From Ramazzottius varieornatus (taxonomy: Eukaryota; Animalia; Tardigrada), in contig BDGG01000004.1 in the NCBI GenBank assembly GCA_001949185.1, forward strand, positions 4,001,777 through 4,065,776: a DNA stretch of 64,000 bases, written 5' to 3'. Each line of letters opens with the position of its first letter. The first letter of the stretch is position 1. The position numbers were made by a program, and so were the translations under genes. The notes beneath the pieces are model-generated. The model was not told where the DNA came from. It searched no databases and saw only the letters and a list, made by a program, of their open reading frames with translations. Below are positions 27,250 to 47,122 of the stretch, in pieces.

Positions 27250-29134
27250 CTTATTTCCTCTTGGTAAACTTAAGATTTAAGAATGAAACCAGAAACTTTC
27301 ACCGATGGTTTTTCGAGGCGTAACCGTCGCTGGTTCTTGGTGATGCTCATTGAAATGCTCTTTCCAGCCAAAAATTGCAACGCGAATTGACTTGTACCAC
27401 ATACACTCGTGACCTGGTTTCCATCCAGATAGACTTCCTTGTTCAACAGCAAGACATCCGGTTGTGGTTGCACAGATATACGAAGACGATCGTAGAGACC
27501 CTGACGGATCCTATCTTGCCAAGCTCATCGAGCGGTATATCTTTATATGATCGTGAAGTGGAAAGACATTAGGGTTCGATATTAGGCCATTGTGGGCGGA
27601 AGATGACTAAACTTGCCTGTGTTTTTGAGGTCAAATGGAGTATAGAAGCCAGAAACAACGTTTGGCTCATCCCTTTCAGCATTTCATAAGGAGCGAAATT
27701 GATTGCAGCGCAACACAGGCGGAAGACAAAGTTGCCTTTGTAAATATGTCTGGCCTAGAGCGTAAATCTAATCAAGTCTAAAGCGATGGATTTTTGCATG
27801 AAATTTCCCCTGATCGAACTTTTCATTTCGCTGAATGGAAGGATGTTCATTTTTGTGCAAGTTTCCCAGCAAGCGCCTCGATGTGTTGTGTGAGTAATAC
27901 TGTATCTGCGCTCTCTTCCCTTTGTTGGTACTGCGAACTTCGTGAAATTGACCATCCTTCCCCCCTTCGCACTGATTTTACTGTGGTTATTCCGCTAGCG
28001 TTGTGACTATATGCCACCATGAGGAGCTTGAGGGCCGAGGTCAGTTGCCTTATCTTCGGTCACAGGAAGTAATCGACTTTATCGTCTTCGGGCTCCGTCG
28101 CTAATGATAATATAAGCTAATTATCCGCGCCATCATTTTCTTCACCGCCGTCAGAGTATACAAGTCTATACAATACTAGCTGGCAGAGAATCGCTAGAAG
28201 ATGTTATGTGGATTGAGGTATAGTGCAAAGAGATCTCGATCCCGGTCGTTTTAGTACGAGGCTTTCGCGAAAATTTGAACCCTTGAAACTTCTGTAGACA
28301 ATAGTTCGCCCTGAACGACCATAGCCGCGAAGTTGTCAATGGTTATATCCTTCTGAGAGTGTCGCCATCTAGAGTGGGCATTGACTGCTACAGTAATGGC
28401 TGGCCATGCGCCCAGCCAACCCGGCGTGGCGGGAAGAATCGCATTGATGGAATCTGAATATTCTTTAACTTATCGAGAACTTATTAAAATCTGAGTATGC
28501 GTAGTCCGTCTTTACAAGAGTCTGTCTCGATTATTGTGCCAATGGGTTGAGGACAGGCAAAGACCGTTGTTGGCTTAGGTGGCACATGTGTCAGTGGGAG
28601 GAATTGAGCATGAGGTCCACATTAATACGGAGACACTACCCGATATTGCTTGGCTTAAGGGTGTGTTTTCCTGACAACGTCAGGCAAAGCAGGTAAAACA
28701 TTCCATTATTTTACGACCCACAATTTAACAGCACGGACCGCGAAGACAATATAACTGCGAACTCCGTGAAGGAACCCAGCTCACGCGCACATGCTGCCAA
28801 CAGATGCTCGTATTTCACTACGCAAATAAGCTGATGAGCAATGTGACTCTTTTATGAACAATATAGCAATATACATACGTGGCGAATGATCCCTCTTCAA
28901 GCCCATAGTCCTTTTTTCCGGGCTTTGTCAGAAACGTGTTTGGAGAGGATATGCTCGCACAAGCTCACATGTTGACCCATTGTTCTATGTGTACACACCG
29001 TTGGTAGGACTCTGTTGTTTCCCACTTCCGGCCAAAAGACATGAGCCAAGCCGCCAGCTCTGTAGTACAGAGACGATTATCCATACAGACGAGTATTTTC
29101 TTATAGAAAGTTTTGATTGCTACCGGCATCGGTT

Positions 29135-29259
29135 TGGGAGGCCCGCAAACAAACTCGGGCCTATTTTACCTCAAATGGCGCACGTTTCTAGCCTTTGACA
29201 GTGAAAAGTGCGCCGCTTGAGATTGCAATCGTCTCCCGATTGTTTTTGACGGCCTTCCA
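29135..29259. mobile_element. Palindromic MITE-like family A, copy 3 (upstream of the TRPC coding start)
   Basis: tgggaggcccgcaaacaaactcggg...tcaaatggcgcacgtttc...aaaagtgcgccgcttgag...tttttgacggccttcca. Confidence 0.75.
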
Positions 29260-30051
29260 ATCGAGGCAATGTAAAATGACAACCCAGTATCAAAGTTATC
29301 GTGCATAACTTATTATGGACTAAATTTTGATTCACGAAGAGCAAAATGTGGAGATTATTCTACAGAGAGGAACTAGTCATTAGTTGTTTCAGCGAATAAT
29401 CAAATTAATTTGCCCGTTTGTGGTGCGATGTGCACGAGGGATTAGCTGGCGTGGGGAATATCTAAATCTCGATCAGGTTTTGCAACACAAAGTTGGGTGG
29501 CCGCATATAGCCTGCTGCGTGAAGGATTACAGTTTACGGCATGTTGTGGGAGTAAGAGGCATGGGGTATATTTACGCTCGTGCCTAATATGCGGAAACGC
29601 TTTATGGGCAATTACGCCCTTGACCGTAGCATGTTTAAAAAGTCATCAGGCGCGTTGAAGAGTTCTGACATGCTCTTCCTTTTTGTGGTTACAGATGTCG
29701 GGTTTCTGGAAGCTCAGAATAAGTGCTGGGCGTCGTCTCAGTGGGTACTATGCATCTGCCATGTTGCGTATGATCGAGTCGGCATAATGGGCGCACTTCT
29801 TCAGTTGAGTAAGCTGGAGATTATCGCCGGCTAGTATAGAATGCCAGTGCGGTGCATATTTGTCGTAGTACCATTCGTCTTCCGTTTGCGAGATGCCAGT
29901 GGTTCAGTTCAAGGACGGCACAAATGGCTGCTGGTCTGTACCAGTGGAGAACTCGCTCGACTCGAGGCTGTAGTAGTGGAATCGAATCAGTGAAGAAATA
30001 TTCCGGCGATATTTGTGTGGCTGTAAGACAGTGATCGGCCATTAGTTTACG

Positions 30052-36560
<6,509 letters not shown>

Positions 36561-36825
36561 AAGGCTGTTTGTTTACATAGACCTGTTACTTTACGAAGAG
36601 ATTATCCGCTGTGGCTTTCTTTGTTCGTTCTTTCTCAATGCATTGCATCCGGTGCTTCCAGTTTCACGATGCGTTTGATTTTTTATTGACTGATCCCATT
36701 GTGAATGACGGGTCTCAGAGTTTAGATCTGTTGCTTCCTGCCGAAGTAAAGTTTTCGGTGTACTGTACTGGTCTTTAAATGTTGTGGGAATATTTTGATA
36801 CAATGCACCGGAGCAGTCGGGGTGT

Positions 36826-37434
36826 CTATGGAGACATCGTTTGACTGATTGGTAATCTGCGCTTGGGAAACTTCACTGTTGACAGCCCCGACAGGATCGG
36901 CAGTAGAGCTGAAGGCTCTGCTGCTGCAGACAGTGAGGGTTTTTTGCCGTCTCCTTCCAGAGGACGTTTTGAGTCTCGAGAGATGTCAGCTTGTCCACTG
37001 AGCGCTAGCCGGATCTATCCAACAACAGAATGTCACTGTGCTCGACATCCAACCATGTACCGTTTCCCAGAAGCCGATCACTTTCCCGTGGATCTTCCAA
37101 TGCCGCCAGAGGGTCCATTTCCAGGTTCTCTGGTAGAAGTATGGCCGGTCAAGAAGGGTACTCTGACGTCAGCAATGACTTCCGACGGTGTCACTGACAT
37201 GACATGATTTGACATGACAATACCAACCTGCTGCCTGGATGCCGTCATGCCCATCGCATAAAATTTTGCCTCCCGAGTTCCGACTTCGTCGTTCTTAGTC
37301 CTGAAATCAAATCCTACCGAGTGGAAATCTGGTGTGTTGGATCTAGCGACAAGTCTGCCAGGAAACTTTGGAGATCCTGGATCATTAGTGTCGGTAATTG
37401 GACTTGTCGCAAAAGGAGACCACATCGGAGCCAT
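36826..37434 (-). CDS. Candidate 3-exon orphan gene (154 aa), head-to-head with THUMPD1
   Basis: Exons 37434-37228, 37129-37061 and 37014-36826 are all multiples of 3 with GT-AG borders and an open frame: MAPMWSPFATSP...SRQQ|RTWKWTLWRHWKIHGKVIGFWET|IRLALSGQADISRDSKRPLEG...QTMSP*. No homology recognised. Confidence 0.3.
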
Positions 37435-37522
37435 CTGTCCTGATCGTTGACTTCTGAGTGCTGCTTTCACGTTACGGTCTGTTTCTCTGTGTTCGTTCGC
37501 AGTTAGCAAGTCAAGCTTGAGG

Positions 37523-38683
37523 ATGCCTAACCGAAGTCAGAAGCGGAAGTACTTCCAGCCGAAGCAAGGGCAAGACAAGCGACCAAAGCGAGAAGAGCTT
37601 GTGCCGGGAATGAGTGGGTAAGTCCGCTTACGAAGTGACTTTTCCGACTTCTCCGCCATAAACGTCTTGGGATGAATACCGCAAACGCTGCTTAGTACCG
37701 TGCTTCTCATTTGCAGGTTTCTGATCAGTTGCTCACAGGGCAATGAAGTACGATGCGTTCGAGAAGCTTACGACATCCTCAACGAATACATGGACATCGA
37801 GATGAGCAAGCCGGAGGACGGTTCCGGCGGAAGAAACTCAGAAGACTTGAAGCCAGTAGCCACAGCTGAGACTCCACTATCGACCAAGACCGAGCCGGAA
37901 GCTCCAGAGGACGACGCTGAGAAAGCCTTAGCAGCTGAGATGGCCGAGTTCCGCACAGGTGCTGGCATCGAAGAAAGGAAAGCCAGGTTCAAAGCGATCG
38001 ACTCCGGCTGCAGCAACCTAGTCTTCATCTCATCCGCCGTCACCGATCCTTGCCGGTTCGCTTTCGACATTCTTAGTGACATTCACAAGTCTGGAAAGGG
38101 TCGAGCCAGGTACATGCAGCGTCTCTTTCCCGTGGTAGCAACGTGCAGGGCTGACTTGGAATCGGTCAAGAAGACGGCAAGTACCGCTTTGACGAAGTAC
38201 TTCACACCTCCTGAGAGCAAGAGTTACTTAATACTGTACAAAGCAAGGAATTCCGCTTCGGCACTAGGTCGGGACTCGATCATTGAGGTTGTGGGTGGCG
38301 TGATCAAGGCTATCAACCCAGAGTGCACGGCGAACTTGAGTGATCCGGACTACGCAGTCTCCGTGGATATCATCAAGACCATGTGCTGTATTAGTGTCTT
38401 CCGTGACTTCAGCAAACTGAAGAAGTATAATATCCATGTGGAGGAAGTGCAAGCACCGGGCCACAGTCGAGTCAAGGAGGAAACCAAAGGTAAAAACGGT
38501 GATACTCGATCTGAAATTCTGGATCGCCTGAATGAAGTAGAGTCCACCAAAGCAGAGTCTGACAAATCACAAGCAGTGGCAGAAGCTGAACAACCTAATG
38601 GTAAACCTAATCATACTGTTCCTGCGGCAAGCTTTTTCGCGACGACGGAAGTCCTGAGCACTACTACTGTAGAAGCTATATGA
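37523..38683 (+). CDS. THUMPD1: THUMP domain-containing protein 1 (Tan1-like tRNA ac4C adaptor), 2 exons
   Basis: LVPGMSG|FLISCSQGNEVRCVREAYDILNEY...RFKAIDSGCSNLVFI...RYMQRLFPV..TC...YKARNS...ANLSDPDYAVSVDIIKTMCCISV.RDFSKLKKYNI; intron 37618-37717. Confidence 0.93.
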
Positions 38684-38950
38684 AATTTTTGCATGATCAG
38701 TGACAGAGAAACTTGTTACTAGTTAACTACGTACTTGTACCACTGGAATAGTTTGAGCAGTTTCCGATCAGTTGTTTTTGTTAGAAGAAAATTCAAACAC
38801 GAAACCGCTCGCACGTGGGAGACGATAAAACGGTAAACAGGTGAAATTGAGCAGGTAAAACATAAACAAGTACGGTATCAATAAAAAAATCAGAGAAATC
38901 AAAATGAATACAGTAAGACGTGCAAGCGCAGCTGAGCTTGACTGTTTCAG

Positions 38951-41900
38951 CTATCCCGGTATTAGACACAACAGCACTCTTTCTTGAGCAATCGCAGCCA
39001 ATTCCTGGACGAACTCCGACAGAATGACTGCGCTATATGCGGCACTCTTCATTCGAGCGGCTTCAGAAGGGTTCTTTGTGTTAAGTCCACTTGTCCTTCT
39101 GCCCCTCAAGTCATCTTTGCCGTGTTCCTCAACCGACTCGTCACTTTCTGCCAGGATACTGTCTGCTAGGACAGTATCCGACCTGTCATCCTGCGTTGAG
39201 TTAGGCTTTCGAAAGAAGTTCGCGAATGAGTGAGGCTTTTCCGGAATAGCCGAAGCTAGCAGAGGTGCTTCAGATGTAGGGGAGGGCGGTTGGACAGTGC
39301 GAAGTAACATTGACCGGTACGTTCGTTCCATGATGATCTTTCCGGTAGTGGTAGGCGGTATGGCGAAGTCAACAGAAGACTTCAACGAAGCCAAAACCTA
39401 AAAACCAGCGGAAGACCTTTCGATAGCTCATGGTCTTACCTACCTGCATACACATTCAAGCAGGTGTCACATGGTGGAGTGTATGCAGGTGTACCAGAAA
39501 CGTGGTCGAGTGCTCGCGGACTTCGCGAATAATTCGCCGAACTGAAAAGAAGATCCTCTGTACCTGGAGTAATGATCGCCTGGATTCTTTACTGTTGTCA
39601 GCGCGTTCAAACAACGCTGACCATATCGATCCATGTGGGAAGAGCGCGAGACGACTAATGAGGCCTGTTAGCTGTAAGGTGGAGTAGATGTCGTTCTGGA
39701 GCATGTGGTCAAGCCTGTATAGTAAACTGGAAACGAACGGGCCCAAAGTCCAAATTCCATACCACTTCAGGTCTACAAGACTGAAACGTTTAACAACGGA
39801 ACAAGCAAGGCCAAAACAGGAGCTTCAATTTACCCACCGGGATTAACTTTCAGCAGGGAAGTTACGGCGATAGCCGAAGAAGTCGACAACACCGGAGACC
39901 CAACTTCCGGGTCTACGGCAAAGGCGTCCCAGCAGGCCTTGAGCTTGTGTCGCGCACACATCAGATAGGTTGCATATTCCGGTAAAGTCAATGGTGGTTC
40001 TTGTAATGAAGTGCTTTCTGAGATGAGGGGTTTTTCCAGCGGCTTCTTCCCCATGAACTTCTGGAAAACAGTTGTCGGATTGTCTGAAACTGGGACTTCG
40101 ACTGCCTTATTCTCCCAAGCGAAGTCCAAGGTTTGGCAGCATTCGGGGATGAAAGACAAAAGTTCCTGAGCAAGAGCCAGATCATCGAAGACATCACGGT
40201 CTGCTGGTTGTGAACGAGACGACTGCTCTTCCGTCGTGAAATACCTGCATTTCAAATGGACGTCGAAAAGTGTACACACGCCGTAAATGTTAAAACGGCT
40301 TACCGTAGTACGAGGAAATGGAGTACCGGTGGATAGTTCAGTTCGAGCATAGTATGGAAGAACGACATCGTCACCGAAGACAACTGTTATTAAACAAACC
40401 GCATAAGGCTCATTAGCTCAAGAGCACTGAGCAGTCATTTCGAGACTCACTTTGTTAGTCGCGCTGAGCATATTTCCAAGAACCACATCTAACAGAGGCC
40501 GATCTCCTGCGAGAATTCCCATCAGATAATGGCAAACGCTTTCTTGAAGACGAGCATCCTCCAGGGTCTGAATGGTGTAGTGGAAGAAAGCGATGGACGA
40601 TACAGACTCTTCTACGTTTGTCTGAGCGAGGGAAGGAGTGATGATTGGGAGAAGGAACACTGCAGAAACATCGGACAAAACCATTAATTCTTCAATAAAA
40701 GACAGAAGCTTTTTACCCAACGCAAATAAGCTGTACAGATTTCCCGTACATTCTTGGAATCGCCGGATAAAGGTTTCCTGTATGGTCATGTGGGACAGCT
40801 TCATGGTCGCATTACAGAACTCGACATACTCTGTGAAGTGCTGAATATCTCTGGAACGAAAGACATCAGTAGGCTCAACACGATGCCAACCTGGACCGGA
40901 AGTGAAGGGGAGGTCTTGTGGCAGGGAAAGGTAGAAGGTACTCAGTCCATTAACGAGAACCTAAACACGCCAAGTTACCTTAAGATTCCCGAAACATTCA
41001 ATAAAACAAAAACTATCACCACAAAGCCTATGGACCTGCCATGTACTACCTGACAGAAGCTCGATCTTTCGGCAATATGGTGACTCAGCTTGTCGTTTGT
41101 CTGCAGAATTCGAAGTAAAGCCAGGACTGCTGAACGGGCGAGCTGCCCGGTCTCTCCAGGATTGTGGATGTGCGGAAACAGGTAGGAAAGTAACTTCAAC
41201 CTGGAAACAAGCGAAAATAAACAAAAGGAGATATGTCATCCACAAGTAGGACTGCTTCACCTACTCGCTTATGTCGTCTGCGGAAGAGAGATCAGCTTCC
41301 GGGTCCCCTTTCACGATGAACAGTTCTAGAAGATCAGGTGCCTGCTTCAAGCAGTACGTCAGTTCGTTCATCACTGTCATCATTTTCCGATCGGTTTCCG
41401 CATTTCGTGATGCCGTGCAAGCGTCAAACAGGCCGAGTAGTGGGCTGAGTATTGACTCGTTCGACAGAAGACGAGGGTCTCTCAAGCAGGAAGACACTAA
41501 TGTCTCGAAGATACGCAGAAGATTCCACCGCAGCATCAAGGCCGCACCCTCCGGACAGCTTCGGTGCACGGTGTAATTCAAAGTCTTCAGCAACAGGTTC
41601 TCGGATATCACATATTCTAACACCTCGTCTTCCAGAAGAATCGGTGATGACTCGCGGTCGGTCACTGCGACAGAGCTAATCTAGAAGAAATGAATCCGTC
41701 AACTCTCCAAACTGGTCGTAATTATCTGATTCAAATGCAAATGAAGCCTTGCGAAACATTTAGCCATGATCGAACTCACTTCCGGCACTTCCCTCTCCGG
41801 CGATGGACTCTGTCGCAGCTGGATTCGCGCGACGGCGGCTGCAAGGGAAGAAATGATTTGGTCAAAGAAGCTGTTCAGTTTGCTAATCACCGCAGTCGAC

Positions 41901-42106
41901 TGCAAGTCCCGACTGATGTTCGGTGAGAGAATGGTAGCTTGGTAGTGCGTGTTCGAACGTTCTGTATCTTCAAGCACCATCACGTTGTCCAATGGAGCGA
42001 GAACATCGGCAACCTTGGTCCAGGTTGACTTGACCTCTTCTAGAGCCGACTGACGAGATTCCGCGATCGACAGCTTACGGGGAGACTTTTGCGATTCCGT
42101 GGCCAT
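38951..42106 (-). CDS. FHIP1: FHF complex subunit FHIP1 / FAM160A-like (RAI16-like domain)
   Basis: LEYVISENLL, LLSYLFPHIHNPGETGQLARSAVL, IAERSSFCQVLVNGLSTFYLSLP, YVEFCNA, GPFVSSLLYRLDHMLQNDIYSTLQLTGLISRLALFP, AAYSAVILSEFVQELAAIAQE. Confidence 0.88.
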
Positions 42107-42581
42107 CCTGATCCCCGCAGCAAGCACTTAAAATGTCAACAGCCTTGCTCTGGAAAAGAACCGCGCATCAACGTACGAATGCCAGGTCGTTGGAGCCGGA
42201 CAACCAATGCTCTGGAAGACGGAACGACCAGAAGTGGAGGTTCATCAAACTCTCTTACGATCTTAAAATAAGCCCCAAGGGTGCATTGGCAAGGCTCGAT
42301 TTCCTGTAACGGTTCGGTCGGCTTCTTATAAACTAGCTGAACCGTATTTGCAACCCGGCGTGTGCTTCGTTGGCTTACGTTCCCCTTACGGCTACGGCTA
42401 GGCTAGTCCCGGGAATGGTGAGAATCCGACCACCCTAAATGGTTCTGATATACAAAAGGTGGAAATTCCCATACTGGAAGAAAGGGTGGGAACGGCAAGG
42501 TGGGAACGGCAGGATGGAAAAGCTGGGAACAAGCAATAGGGTGGAAATCTCGGTTTCCGAAGCACAGCTGGATGGTAGGAA

Positions 42582-43169
42582 AAAGGTTGTGAATTCCAGG
42601 CCAAATGCCTTTGGATTGGAAAATAGGAAAGGAATTCCTAATATTCCAATTTTCCTATTTTCTTTTTCCCAAAACGTCGTCGCGAAAATCTGGCATTCCA
42701 AAGTTCCATTTGCCAGTTTAGTTCTTCTTACATATCCGTCGAAAACAGCAATCATGATTCAAAATCATCAACAAACATTAGATTTAGGACTGAAAGTCAG
42801 CTGGAAATTGGCCGATCCAAACTTTCGGTCCAGTCGGACCTGAAAGTCTAAGGGCAAATCAACGACCTGCGAACAGTTGAATGCGCCGCACATTTTTCGC
42901 AATACAGTAGATCGAAAATGCTGTTGGTCGTGCGATTAAACGACCAATTAGTCTGAGTAGTACGCACGTGTAAGCCAGCATCGGGTTCAGTTTTTCGACA
43001 TGATCTGCTGGTTTCTCGGCTGTTTACCTCTTGCAATTCTTAGATTTTCTCCAGTTTTCTTAGTCTTCCACGTATGAATTCCACCGTTCCAAACGGCAAC
43101 CCCTTGGAACGGAAGTCCAGGAATGGAACGGAATTTGAAAAGGAATGGAATTAGGGATTTACAACCTTA
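42582..43169. mobile_element. Degenerate TIR element with GGAA/TTCC-rich subterminal repeats (hAT-like remnant?)
   Basis: Left end AAGGTTGTGAATTCC; right end GGGATTTACAACCTT (reverse complement AAGGTTGTAAATCCC). Flanks ggtaggaa and ggtaaggc resemble a decayed 8-bp TSD. GGAAT/GGAAC repeats occur at both ends. Confidence 0.45.
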
Positions 43170-43828
43170 GGTAAGGCGCGCATTGTACACTTTGCGCTGT
43201 AATATTTTGCGTGCGTTTCATCCGTTCCGCTCAGTTGTCCAGCATTTTGTTATTGCTGCTCGTGGTGAGGTAAACATGCATAACTGTGCCACGTTGTGCG
43301 GAACGCAGTTAGTAGCTGTGGCGCGCATACAGTGCTTTTGGCAGCCATGTATCCCGCAATTCTCAGCTCTAGCCAGTGAGAATAGCGTTCGGCTACCGGG
43401 ATGTTTGGACCAGAGCTGTAGCCTAAGGCAGTCCCAACGGGTATTACTTTTTGAGCTACCGGAATCTGTCCTGGACTTCCGTGGCCACATAGTCCACAGA
43501 AGATTATTGCATTCTGTCACGAAATTTCCTGCTTCGGTGAAAGAGCAATCGATCAATCAACTGGCGGGAGCTTTCATATACGCTATATCGTTTCCCACCC
43601 CAAATTGGCGTGCCAGCCTACCTCTGCAGGTTACGGCTTTACCCTTTTGCGCTTGACCTACGTGCAGTGTAAAGTTTGTTTGCGTTTTGCGAAGCTCGTA
43701 CTTCGTAGTTGGAAATTTTCCAACTTCGCTGCTGGGAGTCTTTCTGGACCTGGATCTTACCTCTGAACTCGGAAAGCTTTGATCCCTCAGGTTTATCTGG
43801 AGCAGTTCGCAGCGTGGGATCACTGAAG

Positions 43829-46800
43829 ATGCCAGCGATCAAAGTCACCCCATTAGGTGAGAGGAGAGTTACTCGACAGCTGTACGTAGCAGTTTCACTC
43901 CGTGTCTGTAAATTGTATTCACCATGCTGTTGTTGTTGTTGCAGGAGCTGGTCAAGGTAATCGTTCCGAAGCTTTCACGGAATTCAGTCGAAGTAATACT
44001 TACCATTTTAGAACGTTGTGCCGTGAATGTTTGCAGATGTCGGGCGAAGCTGTATCCTCGTGTCCATCGGAGGACGCCATATCATGCTGGACTGTGGCAT
44101 GCACATGTCCGCCGGCGACCAGGTGAGTCGAATGCCGATATTCGACATGACCCATGTTTTTCTTTGATGCGCGCACGACGTACGTCCAGCGATATCCATA
44201 TCTTTCTGTAGAAAAAGTTCCCAGACTTCGAGTTTATCACGCAAAACGGCAGCCTTGACGATTACCTGGACGTTGTGCTTATAAGCCATTTCCATTTGGA
44301 TCATTGTGGTTCGCTTCCCTACCTGACGGAAGTGATCGGTTACAAAGGACCGATCTATATGACGCACCCGACAAAAGCCATATGCCCTCTTCTGCTGGTT
44401 GGTGTCGTCGCTTTCGATCTACATGGTTTTGTTAGTTGCGCATCCATAATCAGCTTGATCAATAAACTAAATCTCGTTTTACAGGAAGATTTCCGCAAAG
44501 TGGCCGTTGAGCGACAAGGAAGCACGACGATGTTCAACTCTGCACAGATCCAGGCTTGTATGGCGAAGGTAACCGCATTAGGCCTCTACGAATGCGTGAC
44601 AGTTGGAGACATCTTCATCAAGGTTTACTACGCCGGGCACGTGTTGGGGGCTGCTATGTTTTACGTCCGTGTGGGCAACGAAAGTATCGTGTATACGGTA
44701 AGTGTGCTCCTGCTCCTTACTTCCACTCTCGCAACTCTCGAGTTCAAGGCCCATGGAAAAGTTCTTGGCTCTTGAAAATGAGAATAATTACTCCATGTAC
44801 GTAGGGAGACTACAACATGACACCTGATCGACATCTCGGTTCTGCGTGGCTTGACCGATGCAGACCGGATGTGTTCATCACGGAGTCCACATATGCCACC
44901 ACCATTCGCGATTCGAAACGAATCAGAGAGCGAGAGTTCTTGAAGAAAGTTCACACTGCGGTTGCCCGAGGAGGAAAGGTTTGTGTTTGGTGTAGCAGTA
45001 CGACTAGCTGCTTTTATGGGGTACGAAATGAAAACACATAACGGGCCATTTGTTAATTAGGTTCTGATTCCTGTTTTTGCACTCGGACGCGCACAAGAGT
45101 TGTGTATTCTTTTGGACAGCTACTGGGAGAGGATGGGTTTGTCAGCCCCGATTTACTTCAGTGCAGGCCTCACGGAAAAGGTATGCGTCTGTAGCAAGCT
45201 TGATGCCGTTTTAGCATTGCTTCTTGCCGACCCGGAAGCACACTAGTTAGCAATATCTGTCTTTCAGGCAACGAACTACTACAAGCTCTTCATCACCTGG
45301 ATGAACGAGAAAGTCCAGAAGACTTTCGTCGAAAGGAACATGTTTGAGTACAAGAATATTCGGGTACGTGAATGAGCTCCAGCATGGTACGACATGGAGC
45401 TGCGAGTACCTTTTACTATACTTTGCCGTTATAGACGTTTGACAGAAGCTACATGGACAATCCAGGTCCCATGGTAGTTTTCGCCTCACCTGGAATGCTT
45501 CACGCTGGACTTTCCCTTCAGCTGTTCAAGAGATGGGCGTCGGATCCCAAGAACATGGTACCATACTGAAAGCCTGTATTTTCTTCCCTCTCTCATAGGG
45601 AACTCTCTACTAGAGTTTCTGTTCGACAGGTCATAATGCCTGGATTCTGTGTTTCGGGCACGGTTGGAAACAAGATTCTCAATGGCGTTAAGAAGCTCGA
45701 ATTCTTCAACCCGAAAGAAACGGTTCGTATTTAACATTACGATACTTCTCAGTCTGGGTGAAACGGAGCGCTGTGCCTTGTACTGTGTCCTCTGTAGATC
45801 GAAGTGAAGCTAGATATCGAGTATCTTTCCTTCAGCGCTCATGCTGATGCGAAAGGGATCATGCAACTTACCCGAATGTGCGCTCCGCGTCACGTACTGC
45901 TTGTACATGGCGAAGGTAACAAGATGGGCTTCCTGCAGAGAAAGGTGGAGAAAGAGTATGGTGTCCCATGCCTCTACCCGGCTAATGCAGAAACTGCTGT
46001 GATACCTACCCCTGACATTCAAAACGTTTTGTTGGAAAGGAACCTGATGAGCGGTCAGTCTACTCGTCTCTTTTCGTTCCAGTGCGCTGAACGATGTCGT
46101 AAGAGATAGCATAGCCGTTGATATCGTGATGTTTTTGTTTTGCAGTTTCCCCAGCATCACGGTCAGCTTCCCGAGTTTTCGATGGCTTAATTGTACTAGA
46201 GCATGATAAGGTATTGTTTGATTTTGCAAAACCTTATGTTGATCTTCTTGCAAGGTCGCAGATCTAACAGCAGAACATCACGTACAGTGTTAAAAGCATC
46301 GAAAAAGGACCCAGTCGAAGTAAAACTAATTCTCATCATGCCTCCTTGTAACAGATGAAAATTGTAAGCGAGAGAAGCGCTACATCCGAGTATGCTGTGG
46401 AAGCTCAGCGCCTTTGGTTCACGGAAACTGTGACCGTCACTTCCACGTTGTCCCCTTCTTCATACAGAAGGCGGTTGGAAAGGGAACTATACAAGTAATG
46501 CGAAGTTGTTCTCTTAATGTGTACGTTTAATTTTCGCGAGATAACTAGTTTCCTTGATGTAGGCGATTCGGAGATTTTGTGGCTGTGAAAGACGAAGATC
46601 TGGGCGCGAGCGATTTGGGAACTTCATCGTCCCACTTAAGTCATATCACCGTCAGTATCTCACCCGACGACTCCTTGACCGGCGGACCAACAGAGTACCC
46701 CATGGTGAAGTATTCGGTCGCGGTGTCATGGGAAGATGGTCTAATCGACGACGAGGCGGCTTTCCTATTTGTCGACTACCTGGCCGAGATGAAGGAAGAC

Positions 46801-46986
46801 CACGAGGAAGAAGGTGAGATCTCTGGCGGTGCTCTAAGCGAAGAAGCTTCCTCAGATGAATACTATGTCAGCGACGCAGAACAAGAGTATGGCTGTCTAC
46901 TTCCGGCTAACAAACGAACCGCCGACAGCATGGCGACACTCGATCTCGATTGTTTAGATGAAACTGTCTCAGAGCTGGTAATTTAA
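43829..46986 (+). CDS. INTS11: Integrator complex subunit 11 (CPSF3L, metallo-beta-lactamase/beta-CASP endonuclease)
   Basis: [10 protein letters not shown]|AGQ|[112 protein letters not shown]. Confidence 0.96.
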
Positions 46987-47122
46987 CTTTGTGCAGAGAA
47001 CCATGATGACTTCAAACTCTTTCCTTTTATTGCGAACAGTTCAACATTACTTTCAAGATCATTAAAGTTTGCACAGTGTGAGTTGGAAAGACGGATAGTA
47101 GCCGAATGACAAATGCAGTTCA

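Noticed and set aside
44397-44483. Stop-free 3n introns in INTS11 (and in FHIP1 near 40661-40750) suggesting intron retention
   Set aside because: Expected by chance for ~90-nt introns, and the inserted peptides would interrupt conserved domains.
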